The notes under the pieces: model-generated
What the model was told of the DNA's origin: nothing
The model's database searches: none
What the model saw: the letters and a program-made list of their open reading frames with translations, nothing else
Assembly (NCBI GenBank): GCA_964403925.1
Contig: CAYOHZ010000004.1
Coordinates: 4,733 to 68,732, forward strand
Reading direction: 5' to 3'
DNA length: 64,000 bases
Origin: an uncultured Salinarchaeum sp.
Lineage (GTDB): Archaea > Halobacteriota > Halobacteria > Halobacteriales > Salinarchaeaceae
Shown here: one piece after another, positions 1-10,819 of the stretch
How the letters are laid out: every line of letters starts with the position of its first letter
Position numbering within the stretch: position 1 is the stretch's first letter
Position numbers and translations under genes: made by a program

Positions 1-1
1 C

Positions 2-343
2 CCAACGGTACTCGATGACTGGTCACAGGACCATGTCGACGGGATCGCCGCCGTCCAGAAAGGGATTCTTCGACGCGCCGTACAGCTTACAGCTCCCGGT
101 GGTCGGATTGTCTACTCGACATGTACCTTTGCACCTGAGGAAAACGAAGCCGTCATCGATCATGTTCTCGCACGCGAACCCGTCGATGTCGTCGACCAGT
201 CGCTCCCACTTACCCATGCTGCAGGTGTCACTGAATGGCAGGACACAACGTATGATCCAGCGGTTCAACAGGCGGCCCGGATATATCCCCATCATAACGA
301 CACCGGTGGCTTTTTCATCGCGACACTGGAGGTGACGGCATGA
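2..343 (+). CDS. RsmB/NOP2/Sun-family RNA cytosine-C5 methyltransferase, C-terminal part (5' end lies outside the window)
   Basis: Translation from the window edge reads ...GGRIVYSTCTFAPEENEAVIDHVL...IYPHHNDTGGFFIATLEVTA*. This contains the catalytic TC/PEENE and DTGGFF motifs of the family. It is absent from the ORF track because no start codon lies in the window. The TGA stop at 341-343 overlaps the next ATG (ATGA). Confidence 0.8.
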   Translation, partial: PTVLDDWSQDHVDGIAAVQKGILRRAVQLTAPGGRIVYSTCTFAPEENEAVIDHVLAREPVDVVDQSLPLTHAAGVTEWQDTTYDPAVQQAARIYPHHNDTGGFFIATLEVTA

Positions 344-849
344 CTGCCAGCGAGCGGTTTGATCGGCTCCCACAGGATGCAACAACACGGTCCGATCCCG
401 ATCGTCCGACACGAGAGGACGTGGTCTCTTGGTGGGCGGACCGCTATGGGATCCCACCAGCGACATTCGATGAGTATAGCTTTTGGGAACGTGGTCGTGG
501 AAAGATCTGGATCGTTCGAGGTACTGAACCGGATCCGATCACGATCGAAGGACTCGGCATCATGGCACTTCGAACCGGAAGCGACCACTGGAAACCAACG
601 ACAAATGCTGTCCAACGGTTCGGCACAGCTGCCGATACGAACGTCATTGTACTTTCACGTGCCGAGGCGGCGGCGTTTATCGCCGGCGAGGATCAGTCCC
701 TCGAGTGGGACGGCGACTGGGGCTATCTCATCGCCGCGCTGTCGATCGATCAGCGCCAGGTTCCGCTTGGGGTTGGCCTGTATGTATACGGCGAGTTTCG
801 ATCGATGGTTCCGAAAGGACGGCAACGAACGCTTGTCTTACAGGACTAG
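340..849 (+). CDS. conserved hypothetical protein, translationally coupled to the upstream RNA methyltransferase
   Basis: 169-aa ORF with an acidic composition and an ATGA overlap with the upstream gene. I recognise no motif. Confidence 0.55.
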   Translation: MTASERFDRLPQDATTRSDPDRPTREDVVSWWADRYGIPPATFDEYSFWERGRGKIWIVRGTEPDPITIEGLGIMALRTGSDHWKPTTNAVQRFGTAADTNVIVLSRAEAAAFIAGEDQSLEWDGDWGYLIAALSIDQRQVPLGVGLYVYGEFRSMVPKGRQRTLVLQD

Positions 850-1307
850 TTGTCAAACTCCTCGGCTGGCTGGCGGACGATATGAATATCGTACCGATGG
901 TCTCCGGAGACCGGCGAACCGACACTGGTGATCGGAGAGGTCACTTGCCCGGCGTTTTCGCTACCAAGAAAAACGATTGTGGGGTTCAGTTCTGTCGCTA
1001 CTGTTCGGATCGTTCGCACGATATCTGTCGTGACTGATGCCCGTTCGTCTCCAGGTCCGGGCTGTTCGATTCGAAGCGTTGCAGTAGGGGCAATCGCGTT
1101 GATCTGTGTCTTAAGCCGCCGTTGGATCCGCTCTTGATCAAACGGCTCGTCATCGTTCAGCCAGCCGTGATCGCGTGCGTATGCTGTCGATCGAGGAATG
1201 ACGGTCATCACGACAACCGACTCGTCGACCGCTTTACTGAACTGCGCTGCCCGTTTGAGCGCTGTCCGGGCAAGTGGCGTATCATCGTACGGCACCAACA
1301 GCACCAT
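846..1307 (-). CDS. universal stress protein (UspA family)
   Basis: 153 aa with an ATG start. It shows the USP pattern MVLLVPYDDTPLARTALKRA...IVFLGSENAG... Confidence 0.75.
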   Translation of the reverse strand: MVLLVPYDDTPLARTALKRAAQFSKAVDESVVVMTVIPRSTAYARDHGWLNDDEPFDQERIQRRLKTQINAIAPTATLRIEQPGPGDERASVTTDIVRTIRTVATELNPTIVFLGSENAGQVTSPITSVGSPVSGDHRYDIHIVRQPAEEFDN

Positions 1308-1396
1308 ACGAGAGGGTCATCGGGACGGTGATATAGACATGGCGGTCTCGGCTGTGGATGTCAAGGCCCTTATACGCTGATCGGTTGGGATGTGAT

Positions 1397-2059
1397 ATGA
1401 GCGATGAGACACCTCCAGAGTCTGATGATAGCGACGCGTCGACCCTTCCTGATCGGGTCGCTGAATACGATGCCGCTCTTGGGACGGCTGTCTCCGAGAC
1501 GATCGACGAGTACGAAGCCGACATCGCAGACTACGAACAGACTGTCACAGAGCTTCAGGCAGAGATTAGGGATCTCGAGGACACTGTGGCCGATCTCGAA
1601 AGCCGACTCAAGCGAAAACAGGCTGATTTCGAGAACTACAAGAAACGCCAGCAGCGTGAACAGGAGCGAATTCGAGAGCGTGCCACCGAAGAGCTGATCG
1701 AACGGCTACTTGAGGTTCGGGATAACCTCGAGCGGGCGCTTACTGAAGACGCCTCAGATTTCGAAAGTCTCCAAGAAGGCGTTCGAATGACCCTCCAACA
1801 GTTCGATCGGGTGCTCGATGCGGAGGGTGTCTCCCGGATTGAGCCAGCACCTGGTGACGATGTTGATCCGAACCGTCACGAAGTGTTGATGCAAGTCGAT
1901 GCTGAACGTCCAGAGGGAACGATTGTTGAGGTATATCGCCCGGGGTACGAGCTGGCCGAGAAGGTTCTCCAAACGGCACAGGTTACTGTCAGTACTGGCT
2001 CTCGCCCCGATACTGATGAGGATACGACCGCCGCTGAACCCACCTCAAGCGACTCGTAA
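1397..2059 (+). CDS. grpE: nucleotide exchange factor GrpE
   Basis: Acidic N-terminus, a coiled-coil segment (LQAEIRDLEDTVADLESRLKRKQADFENYKKR) and a GrpE C-terminal domain (DPNRHEVLMQV...VYRPGY). It lies directly upstream of dnaK. The ATG at 1397 is preferred over the longer ORF beginning at 1358. Confidence 0.9.
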   Translation: MSDETPPESDDSDASTLPDRVAEYDAALGTAVSETIDEYEADIADYEQTVTELQAEIRDLEDTVADLESRLKRKQADFENYKKRQQREQERIRERATEELIERLLEVRDNLERALTEDASDFESLQEGVRMTLQQFDRVLDAEGVSRIEPAPGDDVDPNRHEVLMQVDAERPEGTIVEVYRPGYELAEKVLQTAQVTVSTGSRPDTDEDTTAAEPTSSDS

Positions 2060-2104
2060 TCTCGCCAGGCTTTGCTCTTTCCTTCGACTATAGTGGATAG
2101 GTTC

Positions 2105-2114
2105 TTTTTTATAT
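2105..2114 (+). promoter_or_regulatory. TATA-box-like element upstream of dnaK (short or absent leader)
   Basis: TTTTTTATAT is centred about 29 nt upstream of the dnaK ATG. That spacing is typical of haloarchaeal leaderless transcripts. Confidence 0.35.
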
Positions 2115-2138
2115 CTGAATCCCTTACCCCAGGTTAAG

Positions 2139-4046
2139 ATGGCAAGCGAGAAGATTCTGGGAATCGATCTTGGAACAACGAATAGTGCATTTGCAATCAT
2201 GGAGGGAGGCGATCCGGAGATCATCGCCAACAGTGAGGGTGAACGAACGACCCCCTCAATCGTCGCGTTCAGTGAGGACGGCGAACGGCTGACCGGGAAA
2301 CCCGCGAAAAACCAGGCGGTACAGAATCCCGATCGAACGATCCAATCGATCAAACGCCACATGGGCGAGGAAGAGTATACCGTCGAGATCGAAGACGAGG
2401 AGTACACTCCCGAACAGATCTCGGCGATGATCCTTCAGAAGATCAAACGGGACGCCGAGGACTACCTTGGTGAAGACATCGAACGGGCTGTCATTACTGT
2501 GCCGGCATATTTCAACGACCGACAGCGCCAAGCGACCAAAGACGCTGGCGAAATCGCTGGGTTTGAGGTCGAACGAATCGTCAACGAGCCGACCGCCGCA
2601 TCCATGGCGTACGGACTCGACGATGAGTCGGATCAGACGGTGCTTGTCTATGACCTGGGTGGCGGAACGTTCGATGTGTCCGTCCTTGACCTGGGTGGTG
2701 GCGTCTACGAAGTTGTCGCAACTAACGGTGACAACCATCTTGGTGGTGACGACTGGGATCAGGCGATCATCGACTGGTTGGCCGATACGTTTGCGGACGA
2801 ACATGGCATCGATCTCCGAGACGATCGCCAGGCGCTCCAGCGGCTCAAAGACGCTGCCGAAGAGGCCAAGATCGAACTCTCCTCGCGCAAGGAAACCGAG
2901 ATTAACCTACCGTTTATTACTGCGACCGATGATGGGCCAGTCCATCTCGAGGAGTCACTTACCCGAGCGAAATTCGAATCGTTGACTGCGGATCTCCTTG
3001 AGCGGACTGTCGAGCCAACCAAGCAGGCGCTTTCGGATGCCGATTATAGCACCGATGATGTCGATGAGGTCATTCTTGTCGGTGGGTCGACGCGGATGCC
3101 CCAAGTTCAACAGAAAGTCGAAGAGGTCATCGGCCAAGAACCACAGAAAAACGTCAACCCTGATGAGGCAGTCGCACTCGGCGCGGCGATCCAGGGTGGT
3201 GTCCTAGCTGGTGATGTTGATGACATCGTACTGCTGGATGTGACACCACTTTCGCTTGGTGTGGAGGTCAAAGGTGGCCTCTTCGAGCGGCTCATCGAGA
3301 AAAATACCACCATTCCAACCGAGGAATCGAAGGTCTTTACGACTGCTGCTGACAACCAGACCTCCGTTCAGATTCGAGTCTTCCAAGGTGAACGCGAGAT
3401 CGCCGAGGAAAACGAGCTGCTCGGTGCGTTCCAACTCACCGGTATCCCACCAGCACCCGCCGGCACGCCACAGATTGAGGTGACCTTCTCGATCAACGAG
3501 AACGGCATCGTCAACGTCGCTGCAGAAGACAAAGGCTCGGGCACTGAAGAGTCGATCACGATCGAAGGCGGAGCTGGCCTCTCCGACGACGAGATCGAAC
3601 GCATGAAAGAAGAAGCCGAAGCGCATGCCGAAGAAGACAAACAGCGCCGCGAGCGGATCGAAGCCCGTAATGATGCCGAGGCGACGATTCAGCGGGCTGA
3701 AACGCTTCTTGAGGAGAACGAAGACGGCGTTGATGATAGCCTCATCGAGGATATTGAAGCTGAGATCGATGCTGTTGAGGAGGTTCTTGACGACGAGGAC
3801 GCTAGCAAAGAGGAAATCGAGTCCGCGACCGAAGCCCTCTCTGAGGAGCTTCAAGAGATCGGCAAGCAGGTCTATCAGGAGGAAGCAGCCGCCGCTGGTG
3901 GCGCAGCAGGTGCCGGTGCGGCCGGTGCCGGTGCAGCAGGGGCTGGCGCAGCTGGTCCTGGAGGGGTAAACCCGGGTGCAGCTGATAGTGATGAAGAATA
4001 TGTCGATGCGGACTTCGAAGACGTTGACGACGAGAAGAGCAACTAA
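2139..4046 (+). CDS. dnaK: molecular chaperone DnaK (Hsp70)
   Basis: 635 aa with canonical Hsp70 motifs: [30 protein letters not shown]. The C-terminus is an acidic and Gly/Ala-rich tail. Confidence 0.98.
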   Translation: MASEKILGIDLGTTNSAFAIMEGGDPEIIANSEGERTTPSIVAFSEDGERLTGKPAKNQAVQNPDRTIQSIKRHMGEEEYTVEIEDEEYTPEQISAMILQKIKRDAEDYLGEDIERAVITVPAYFNDRQRQATKDAGEIAGFEVERIVNEPTAASMAYGLDDESDQTVLVYDLGGGTFDVSVLDLGGGVYEVVATNGDNHLGGDDWDQAIIDWLADTFADEHGIDLRDDRQALQRLKDAAEEAKIELSSRKETEINLPFITATDDGPVHLEESLTRAKFESLTADLLERTVEPTKQALSDADYSTDDVDEVILVGGSTRMPQVQQKVEEVIGQEPQKNVNPDEAVALGAAIQGGVLAGDVDDIVLLDVTPLSLGVEVKGGLFERLIEKNTTIPTEESKVFTTAADNQTSVQIRVFQGEREIAEENELLGAFQLTGIPPAPAGTPQIEVTFSINENGIVNVAAEDKGSGTEESITIEGGAGLSDDEIERMKEEAEAHAEEDKQRRERIEARNDAEATIQRAETLLEENEDGVDDSLIEDIEAEIDAVEEVLDDEDASKEEIESATEALSEELQEIGKQVYQEEAAAAGGAAGAGAAGAGAAGAGAAGPGGVNPGAADSDEEYVDADFEDVDDEKSN

Positions 4047-4103
4047 TCGCCCAGTCGGGTGTTTCAAGTAACATAATTTCCTATCAATACGCGTCGTAAA
4101 CGG

Positions 4104-5246
4104 ATGAGCCAGGATTTCTACGAACTACTCGGTGTCGGTCGGAACGCAAGCCAAGAGGAGATCAAGCAGGCCTACCGTGACAAAGCCACCGAGTATCACC
4201 CCGACGTCAGCGACGATCCCAACGCGGAGGAGAAATTCAAACAGCTCCAGAAAGCAAAAGAGGTCCTCACCGACGACGAGAAACGCCAAGCATACGACCA
4301 GCTCGGCCACGAACGATTCATGGAAGCCGAAAAGCGTGGTGGCTTTGATCAAGGCGCCGCTGGCGGTGGGGCCGGCCAGCGTCGCGGCGATCCCTTCGGC
4401 GGGCAGGGCTTTGGCAGCGTCGGGGACATCTTTGATGAGTTCTTCGGTGGCGGAGGCTCAGGAACCCGTGGGGGGACTGACCTCCGGACTGAGATCACGA
4501 TTGATCTTGCAGACGCCTATCACGGAGCGCAAAAGGAGCTCACTATCGAGCGGCCCGAACCATGTGACGCGTGTAATGGCACCGGCCATCCACCCGATAG
4601 CTCCAGTCGAACCTGCCCGGAGTGTAATGGCAGTGGACAGGTCCGGAGCGTCCAGCGCACGCCATTCGGACAGGTCCAGCAAACCCGCACTTGTCCTCGT
4701 TGTGATGGTGACGGCCGGCTCTATGAAGAGACCTGTTCAGTCTGTGGTGGCTCCGGAACGGTTCGAAAGGAAGTAACACTCACTGTCGATGTCCCAGCGG
4801 GGATTCAAGACGGGCAAACGCTCCGGATGGAAGGCGAAGGAGCACCTGCGGATGATGGCGGTGTTCGTGGTGACTTGTTGATCGACGTAACCATCCGTGA
4901 GCATGAGGAGTTTGAGCGTGATGGTGCTGATCTCCAGTATCGCAAACCGATCTCGTTCCCACAGGCCGTCTTCGGGGACACTATTGAGGTCCCGACGTTT
5001 GATGGCGGCGTCGAAGTTGAGGTACCTGCCGGAACACAGAGTGGCGAGACGTTCCGCCTGCAAGGCAAAGGAATGCCCCGACTTCGCCGGCGAGGCGCAG
5101 GCGATCTGTATGTCACTGTCCAGATTGTCACCCCTGAATCGCTGAACGATGCCCAGCGGGAGGCGCTTGAGGCCTTTGTTGAAGCCGGTGGCGAGGAAAT
5201 CGATGTCGAACAAGGCTTTTTCGACCGGATCCGGAATTCGCTTTAG
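4104..5246 (+). CDS. dnaJ: molecular chaperone DnaJ (Hsp40)
   Basis: J domain (DFYELLGV...YHPD), a G/F-rich linker and four CxxCxGxG zinc motifs. Confidence 0.97.
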   Translation: MSQDFYELLGVGRNASQEEIKQAYRDKATEYHPDVSDDPNAEEKFKQLQKAKEVLTDDEKRQAYDQLGHERFMEAEKRGGFDQGAAGGGAGQRRGDPFGGQGFGSVGDIFDEFFGGGGSGTRGGTDLRTEITIDLADAYHGAQKELTIERPEPCDACNGTGHPPDSSSRTCPECNGSGQVRSVQRTPFGQVQQTRTCPRCDGDGRLYEETCSVCGGSGTVRKEVTLTVDVPAGIQDGQTLRMEGEGAPADDGGVRGDLLIDVTIREHEEFERDGADLQYRKPISFPQAVFGDTIEVPTFDGGVEVEVPAGTQSGETFRLQGKGMPRLRRRGAGDLYVTVQIVTPESLNDAQREALEAFVEAGGEEIDVEQGFFDRIRNSL

Positions 5247-5299
5247 CTAGTCGGTTTCGGTCTCGATATGTTTTAGACCAGTTTCTCCGTAGGTCGTGT

Positions 5300-6025
5300 A
5301 TGAACACGCTTCCTGAGATCCTTACCCAAGCCGTTGACACGACCGATGTTGCGATCGGCGCGCCTGCTGCTGGTGAACGGGTCTACACCTATGACCAACT
5401 TGTTGAGACGACCCGATCGCTAGCAACCGTCTTTGCTGAGGCCGGCATTGATGAGGAGAGTGTCGTGGCAATCGCCCCTGCACCAGCAGCAGAAACTGTC
5501 ATTGGCTTTCTGAGTGCGACAGCCCTTGGCGCCAGCGTTCGGTTCAGTCCGCCAGCTCGGGCCGCTATTGAGGGCGTGTTCGGCCCAACTGATACTGTCG
5601 GGACGTTTCAGGTTCCGGATGACGCTCTCCGGGTCGGCTTCGGGGAGCGACCGGAGGACGATCGCATCACACATTTTGGGACTGCTGTCTGGAAGGCACA
5701 CGCAGAGCCCATCGACGCCCCTGTTGTCCCGACAACACCCGCACTGTCTGATGGTTCCCATCAGTATACACACCGAGCGCTGATGCAGGCTGCGAGTGCG
5801 GTGATCGATATACGCGATATTACTGCCGAGACTGAAACGGCTGTCCGTGGACCGTTGACCGATCCACGGACCGTTGTTGCTGGCTTTATTGGGCCGCTTG
5901 TTGCCGGTGGAACGATCCGATTCCCAAGTAATAGCACTCCCCACGGTGATCTTGCGATCACGGACGATGCGGCGCCGGAACATCGCTTGCTTTTGTTGCT
6001 CGACGTTCCGCTTGCGGGATACTAA
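5300..6025 (+). CDS. short ANL (acyl-CoA synthetase)-like protein that appears to lack the AMP-binding P-loop
   Basis: 241 aa. The N-terminus resembles the start of adenylate-forming enzymes (YTYDQLVETTRSLATVFAEAGIDEESVVAI...). Where the SSGTTGxPK loop would be expected the sequence reads SDGSHQYTHRAL. The protein is also far shorter than a functional ANL enzyme. Confidence 0.45.
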   Translation: MNTLPEILTQAVDTTDVAIGAPAAGERVYTYDQLVETTRSLATVFAEAGIDEESVVAIAPAPAAETVIGFLSATALGASVRFSPPARAAIEGVFGPTDTVGTFQVPDDALRVGFGERPEDDRITHFGTAVWKAHAEPIDAPVVPTTPALSDGSHQYTHRALMQAASAVIDIRDITAETETAVRGPLTDPRTVVAGFIGPLVAGGTIRFPSNSTPHGDLAITDDAAPEHRLLLLLDVPLAGY

Positions 6026-6067
6026 GCGACGAAAACGCCTATACTGACGGAACCGCTACCGGTCGGT

Positions 6068-6646
6068 ATGTACGTCCGGAACGCCAAAAACAGGGATGAG
6101 GCCTGGCTGTTGGATCGGCTTGAGGAACTTCCGATCGATGATCCTGCGTTCCGGTCACGAGACTACGTGATTGCCGTCGATGAGACGTCAAACACTCGTG
6201 CCGGATTCGGCCGCATCCGAGTTCACAAAGCTGAGGACCAGGCTGCCTGTGAGCTGACTGCGATCGGCGTCGTTCCTGGCTGGCGATCACAGGGTGTTGG
6301 TGCCCACATTATCGAGCGCCTGCTCGCGCTTGCGACAGATGCAGGGTTCGAGACAGTGTATGCGTTCAGTGATATCCCAGATTACTTCACGCAGTTTGGC
6401 TTTCGCCCGGCCTCGCGAAGTGCGCTCCCGGACGTCCTCATGGAGCGATATCAGACCCTCCTCGCCCAGTCTGAGAGTACCGTTCCAGTAACGATCGCTG
6501 TTGACAGCTTCGAGATGCCCTCGCAGCTCCGTGAGCGGTTCAAATCTGCTGCTCCAGACGCAGACGAGGCGGCCGCTGGGACCACTGCGTCCCCCGAAGA
6601 CTTCGGGATTGATCCAGACAAGACCACCCACAAGTACGATCTTTAA
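6068..6646 (+). CDS. GNAT-family N-acetyltransferase
   Basis: Acetyl-CoA binding motif A is present: IGVVPGWRSQGVGAHIIERLLALA. Confidence 0.8.
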   Translation: MYVRNAKNRDEAWLLDRLEELPIDDPAFRSRDYVIAVDETSNTRAGFGRIRVHKAEDQAACELTAIGVVPGWRSQGVGAHIIERLLALATDAGFETVYAFSDIPDYFTQFGFRPASRSALPDVLMERYQTLLAQSESTVPVTIAVDSFEMPSQLRERFKSAAPDADEAAAGTTASPEDFGIDPDKTTHKYDL

Positions 6647-8133
6647 CCGAAGTCTGTCAGTGACATCTGTCCCTGAGTGGTAGTGTCCTCTTTGATCGAT
6701 TCGTGTCGGCGAGATAGTGATGCCCGCTTGCGGATCGCCGGATCAGAGAGTGCCTCCTGAGCACGGTCGGCCAGCCGTGCATATTCGCGTCGGGTTTGTT
6801 CCCGTCGTGTGTCGAAATCGACGATCGGTCGAGGATAGGCCTGCCCTAACTCGACGCCAGTCTCGGCTTGCATGGCCTTTGACATTCGTTCCGGTTGTGC
6901 CAGATATTCGTCCGGAACCGCTTGTAGTTCCGGCATGAACTCTCGGATAAACTCGCCGTCAGGATCATGTTCTCGGGTGTTTTTTGCCGGATCATAGATA
7001 CGCAATGGGTGCACACCGACGAGTCCACCTTGCATCTGCCATTGGGCATAATTGATCCCTGGTTCTGCGTCGATGAGATGCCGATAGAAGTGATCGGCGC
7101 CACGCTTCCACCATTCTCTGAGAATATGCACGAAAAACGTTGCTGTCAACGCCCGCATCCGGAAGTTGAGATAGCCGGTCTCACGGAGCGCACGCATCGA
7201 TGCATCGACAAGTGGAAACCCGGTTTGTCCGTCTTTCCAGGCCCTAACGGCAGCCGGATCGTGTTCATCTCGGTGAAGTCCCCGAAAGACTGGATTGACG
7301 GCCTGGTCATGTAGCCTCGGGAAGTCCTGGAGTTTCTGGGTGAAATGTTGATTCCAGAAGAGCCGCGTCGTAAATAACTCCCGTGCACGGGATGGCTCAG
7401 TTGTCGCAAGCGTCTGCTGATAGACTTCCCGTGGGGAAATGATGCCTTTCGCGAGGTACGGGGACAGCCGTGAGCACCCCTCTCTGGCAGCCGCTGGTGG
7501 AGAGATCGACTGTGGATACTGATTGATGTCATCGAGAAACGTCTCCAGCCGTTGGACGGCTGCATCGCGCCCGCCAGGCGGGACATCTCGCTTGGTTGGC
7601 GTGACCTCCCAGCGGTCTCGGGCCGCTACAATCGATAGTTCATCCTCCCGTGGCGGGGTGTCGATCGCATCAGGTGGCTCAATCGGGTTGTGCTCGAAAT
7701 ATGCCTCCGCGTGTTCTTGCCAGCTATCTCGTGGTGTTGCTGTGTCCCGCCGGATCGCATCGGCATCGAAACCGTGAAACTGATCCTGTGTTGCGATCGT
7801 TCGTTCACGGTCTCGCATCTCCCCGGCTGTCGTTGTTCGGTTATAATAGATCGGTCCATCGAACACTGTTGTCAGCCGGTCGATCGGATTGCCCACCAAT
7901 AAGAGGAGGTCACCACCGCGTTCCTGATACCGTGTTTTGAGCGTCTCCAGTGATTCGAACAGGAACTCAATCCGACTATCACAGACGAGTGCTTCGGACT
8001 CATAGAACCGTGGATCGAACACGAACACTGGGATCGGGCGGCCCATTTTGCTGGCTGCAGTTACTGCCGGATTATCAGCAATCCGGAGATCATCTCGGTG
8101 CCAGACGGCGATCGGTGGGCCCCCAACAGCCAT
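6643..8133 (-). CDS. phr: deoxyribodipyrimidine photolyase / cryptochrome family protein
   Basis: 496 aa. The N-terminal photolyase domain reads [15 protein letters not shown]. The FAD-binding C-terminal domain reads [43 protein letters not shown]. Confidence 0.9.
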   Translation of the reverse strand: MAVGGPPIAVWHRDDLRIADNPAVTAASKMGRPIPVFVFDPRFYESEALVCDSRIEFLFESLETLKTRYQERGGDLLLLVGNPIDRLTTVFDGPIYYNRTTTAGEMRDRERTIATQDQFHGFDADAIRRDTATPRDSWQEHAEAYFEHNPIEPPDAIDTPPREDELSIVAARDRWEVTPTKRDVPPGGRDAAVQRLETFLDDINQYPQSISPPAAAREGCSRLSPYLAKGIISPREVYQQTLATTEPSRARELFTTRLFWNQHFTQKLQDFPRLHDQAVNPVFRGLHRDEHDPAAVRAWKDGQTGFPLVDASMRALRETGYLNFRMRALTATFFVHILREWWKRGADHFYRHLIDAEPGINYAQWQMQGGLVGVHPLRIYDPAKNTREHDPDGEFIREFMPELQAVPDEYLAQPERMSKAMQAETGVELGQAYPRPIVDFDTRREQTRREYARLADRAQEALSDPAIRKRASLSRRHESIKEDTTTQGQMSLTDFG

Positions 8134-8196
8134 CGCCCTGTCTTGCTAGTGCGCGTTCAAAAGCGTCCCGACAATCGGTCGAATCGCTTAGGTTCA

Positions 8197-9900
8197 ATGG
8201 CCGATGAACGTACGACCATGTTTGATCCTGATGAACTGGCACGCATCCGTGAGGCTGAGGCCAGCTGGCAGGAGGAGACACTCTCACCGACACTTGATCG
8301 GTTCGGCGAACGGCGCGAGGAATTTTCAACGGACACAGCTGGACAGCCGATCGACCGGTTATATACCCCGCTTGATATTGCCGATCTGGAGTATCTCGAT
8401 GATCTTGGCTTCCCAGGCGAGGCACCGTATACACGGGGTGTCTATGCGACGATGCATCGTGGACGCCTCTGGACAATGCGCCAGTATGCTGGGATGGGGA
8501 CAGCTGCGGAAACAAACGAGCGGTTTCGGTATCTCCGTTCGGAAGGCCAGACCGGGCTATCGATGGCGTTTGACCTCCCAACACAGATGGGGTACGACTC
8601 GACCGACCAGATGGCCGCTGGTGAGGTCGGTCGCTCAGGGGTTGCGATCGATACGCTTGCTGATATGGAACGGGTCTTTGAGGACATCCCGCTTGATGAG
8701 GTCTCAACGAGCATGACGATCAATGCACCAGCGGCAATTCTGCTTGCAATGTATATCGCCCTGGCCGACCAGCAGGGTGTTGATCGGACTGTGCTCCGAG
8801 GTACTATCCAAAACGATATTCTCAAAGAATACATCGCACGGAATACACACATCTATCCACCGGGACCGTCGATGCGGTTAGTCACGGATATCTTCGAGTT
8901 CTGTGCGACTGAAACCCCGAAGTTCAATACGATTTCCGTGTCCGGCTACCATATTCGAGAGGCGGGGGCCACGGCTGTCCAAGAGCTTGGGTTTACCCTA
9001 GGAAACGCTATCGCTTATGTGGACGCTGCCATCAACGCTGGACTTGACGTTGATACGTTTGCACCACAGATCTCGTTTTTCTTTAGCGCGCACAATAACC
9101 TCCTTGAGGAGGTTGCAAAGTTCCGTGCGGCCCGCCGGCTCTGGCACTCGATTATGGAGGAGCGGTTTGGTGCGCAAAAACCAGCCTCCAAACAGCTCAA
9201 ATTCCATGCCCAAACTGCCGGCTCAACGCTGACGGCACAACAAATCGACGCGAATATCGTCCGGGTTGCCTACCAAGCACTGGCAGCTGTGCTTGGCGGC
9301 GCACAGAGTCTCCACACAAACGGTAAAGACGAAGCCCTCTCGATTCCGACCGAACAGTCAGTCCGAACTGCGCTTCGCACCCAGCAGATTCTTGCACACG
9401 AGTCCGGTGTTGCAGATACGATCGACCCGTTGGGCGGTGCGTACGCGATCGAAGCGTTGACCGATGAGCTGGTTGCTGATACTCGAGCCTTGCTTGACGC
9501 GATCGATGAGCGTGGTGGCATGGTTCAGGCGATCGAAGACGGGTGGGTCCAGCGGCGGCTTCAGGATGTCGCCTACCAACGCCAACAGGATATCGAGTCC
9601 GGTGAGCGCATTGTTGTCGGTGTCAATGAGTTCGAGATTGAGGAATCCAGTCCTGACATGCAACTTGAGGAGGTGACTGAAGCCGAAGAACAGCGCCAAC
9701 GTGATCGGGTTAACCAGGTCCGTGAGCGCCGTGATTCAGCAGCTGTCGAGTCAGCATTGGCAGCTGTTCGGTCAGCGGCACGCGACGATCAGAATCTCAT
9801 GCCACCCCTTATTGCGGCAGTCAAAGCGCTTGCCACTGTTGGCGAAATCAGCGATGTCCTCCGAGACGAATTTGGCGAGTATCAAAACGGCGCCATCTAG
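8197..9900 (+). CDS. methylmalonyl-CoA mutase, catalytic (large) subunit
   Basis: Motifs [45 protein letters not shown] and [14 protein letters not shown]. The ATG at 8197 avoids an overlap with the divergent photolyase start that the 8098 ORF would create. Confidence 0.92.
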   Translation: MADERTTMFDPDELARIREAEASWQEETLSPTLDRFGERREEFSTDTAGQPIDRLYTPLDIADLEYLDDLGFPGEAPYTRGVYATMHRGRLWTMRQYAGMGTAAETNERFRYLRSEGQTGLSMAFDLPTQMGYDSTDQMAAGEVGRSGVAIDTLADMERVFEDIPLDEVSTSMTINAPAAILLAMYIALADQQGVDRTVLRGTIQNDILKEYIARNTHIYPPGPSMRLVTDIFEFCATETPKFNTISVSGYHIREAGATAVQELGFTLGNAIAYVDAAINAGLDVDTFAPQISFFFSAHNNLLEEVAKFRAARRLWHSIMEERFGAQKPASKQLKFHAQTAGSTLTAQQIDANIVRVAYQALAAVLGGAQSLHTNGKDEALSIPTEQSVRTALRTQQILAHESGVADTIDPLGGAYAIEALTDELVADTRALLDAIDERGGMVQAIEDGWVQRRLQDVAYQRQQDIESGERIVVGVNEFEIEESSPDMQLEEVTEAEEQRQRDRVNQVRERRDSAAVESALAAVRSAARDDQNLMPPLIAAVKALATVGEISDVLRDEFGEYQNGAI

Positions 9901-9940
9901 ACCGTCAACAGGATCACCCCTTGTCTATTGAACTAACTGT

Positions 9941-10327
9941 ATGGAGTTTCATCACGCTGGCATTGCCACTACTGATGTCACAGCCCTCACAGACCAGTAT
10001 ACGACACTGTTTGAGACGACCGTTGCCCATCGTGAACAGATCGATGGAATGGATCTCCGCTTTCTCTCGATTGGCGAGGCGTTCTTTGAGCTACTTGAAC
10101 CGGCTGCTGATGGTCCGATTGCACGGTTTCTCGATCAACACGGCCCTGGTGTCCACCATCTTGCGGTTGCCGTTCCCTCAGTGCCTGCTGCACTCGATCG
10201 AGCCCGCGAGATCGATATCGATCCTCTTGACGAACAGCCCCGTCCCGGTGCATGGGGGCATCAAGTTGCGTTTTTACATCCAGCGGATACGGGTCATGTT
10301 CTCATCGAATTCGTTGCCGATTCCTAG
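9941..10327 (+). CDS. mce: methylmalonyl-CoA epimerase (VOC/glyoxalase fold)
   Basis: 128 aa: MEFHHAGIAT...GPGVHHLAV...AFLHP. It lies immediately downstream of the mutase. Confidence 0.85.
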   Translation: MEFHHAGIATTDVTALTDQYTTLFETTVAHREQIDGMDLRFLSIGEAFFELLEPAADGPIARFLDQHGPGVHHLAVAVPSVPAALDRAREIDIDPLDEQPRPGAWGHQVAFLHPADTGHVLIEFVADS

Positions 10328-10762
10328 TCATAGTGCATTGATCATCGCTGGATCTAACCAGATCGTAAATTCGCCATCCTGGTTGACCATCCCCTTGATA
10401 TACTGATTGTCGACCCCGCGATCAATCGACGCCTCGTTGATCGTCCGCACTTCATGCACTGCGTCGACCGCCCACCCGAGATCGCCCTGTCCACTGTTAC
10501 TGTCCTCAAAGACGATCACTCGCCGTGGAGTCGTCTCGTTGTCAAGCTCAAGGACGGTCGCCAAATCAAGGACGGTCGTTGTGGTCCCTCTGAGATCCAT
10601 GACACCCGCAACGTGGGCCCCAGCGCTCGGCACTGCAGTCAGGTCGTCAAGTTTCACTAATTCCCAGACGTGATCAATGCTGACACAATATGACTGGTCA
10701 CCAAGCGTGAATTCAACAACTTGCCAGCTTTCTTTTTGATCCGCTGTCACATCCCCGCTCAT
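10328..10762 (-). CDS. cheW: chemotaxis coupling protein CheW
   Basis: 144 aa with a CheW-like domain: VVEFTLGDQSYCVSIDHV.E...LTAVP.....AGVMDLRG..T.VLDL. Confidence 0.85.
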   Translation of the reverse strand: MSGDVTADQKESWQVVEFTLGDQSYCVSIDHVWELVKLDDLTAVPSAGAHVAGVMDLRGTTTTVLDLATVLELDNETTPRRVIVFEDSNSGQGDLGWAVDAVHEVRTINEASIDRGVDNQYIKGMVNQDGEFTIWLDPAMINAL

Positions 10763-10819
10763 AGTGGTTACTATACACCGCTAGGATCCTGAGGACTATA
10801 AATCCGCGAGACTTAGCAG

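Noticed and set aside
3885-3980. Repetitive GCN/GGN stretch that looks like a short tandem DNA repeat.
   Set aside because: It is in frame within dnaK and encodes the Gly/Ala-rich C-terminal linker ([25 protein letters not shown]). This is ordinary Hsp70 tail low complexity, not a CRISPR or satellite repeat.
3204-4067. Long antisense ORFs inside clear genes. Examples are the 287-aa ORF opposite dnaK, the 312-aa ORF at 11401-12339 opposite ftsZ, and the 190-aa ORF at 37837-38409 opposite mutS.
   Set aside because: They are typical stop-poor antisense frames in GC-biased coding DNA. The translations are Arg/Ser/Pro-rich and non-acidic, unlike every confident protein here. The sense-strand genes are unambiguous.
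8098-8196. N-terminal extensions of ORF-track entries: the mutase from 8098, thrC from 17402, mutS from 36145, tsr3 from 35457, sufB from 26301, GST from 39931 and the regulator up to 14651.
   Set aside because: The extensions overlap neighbouring genes or promoters, have atypical basic composition, and precede an in-frame ATG/GTG where the recognisable family sequence begins.
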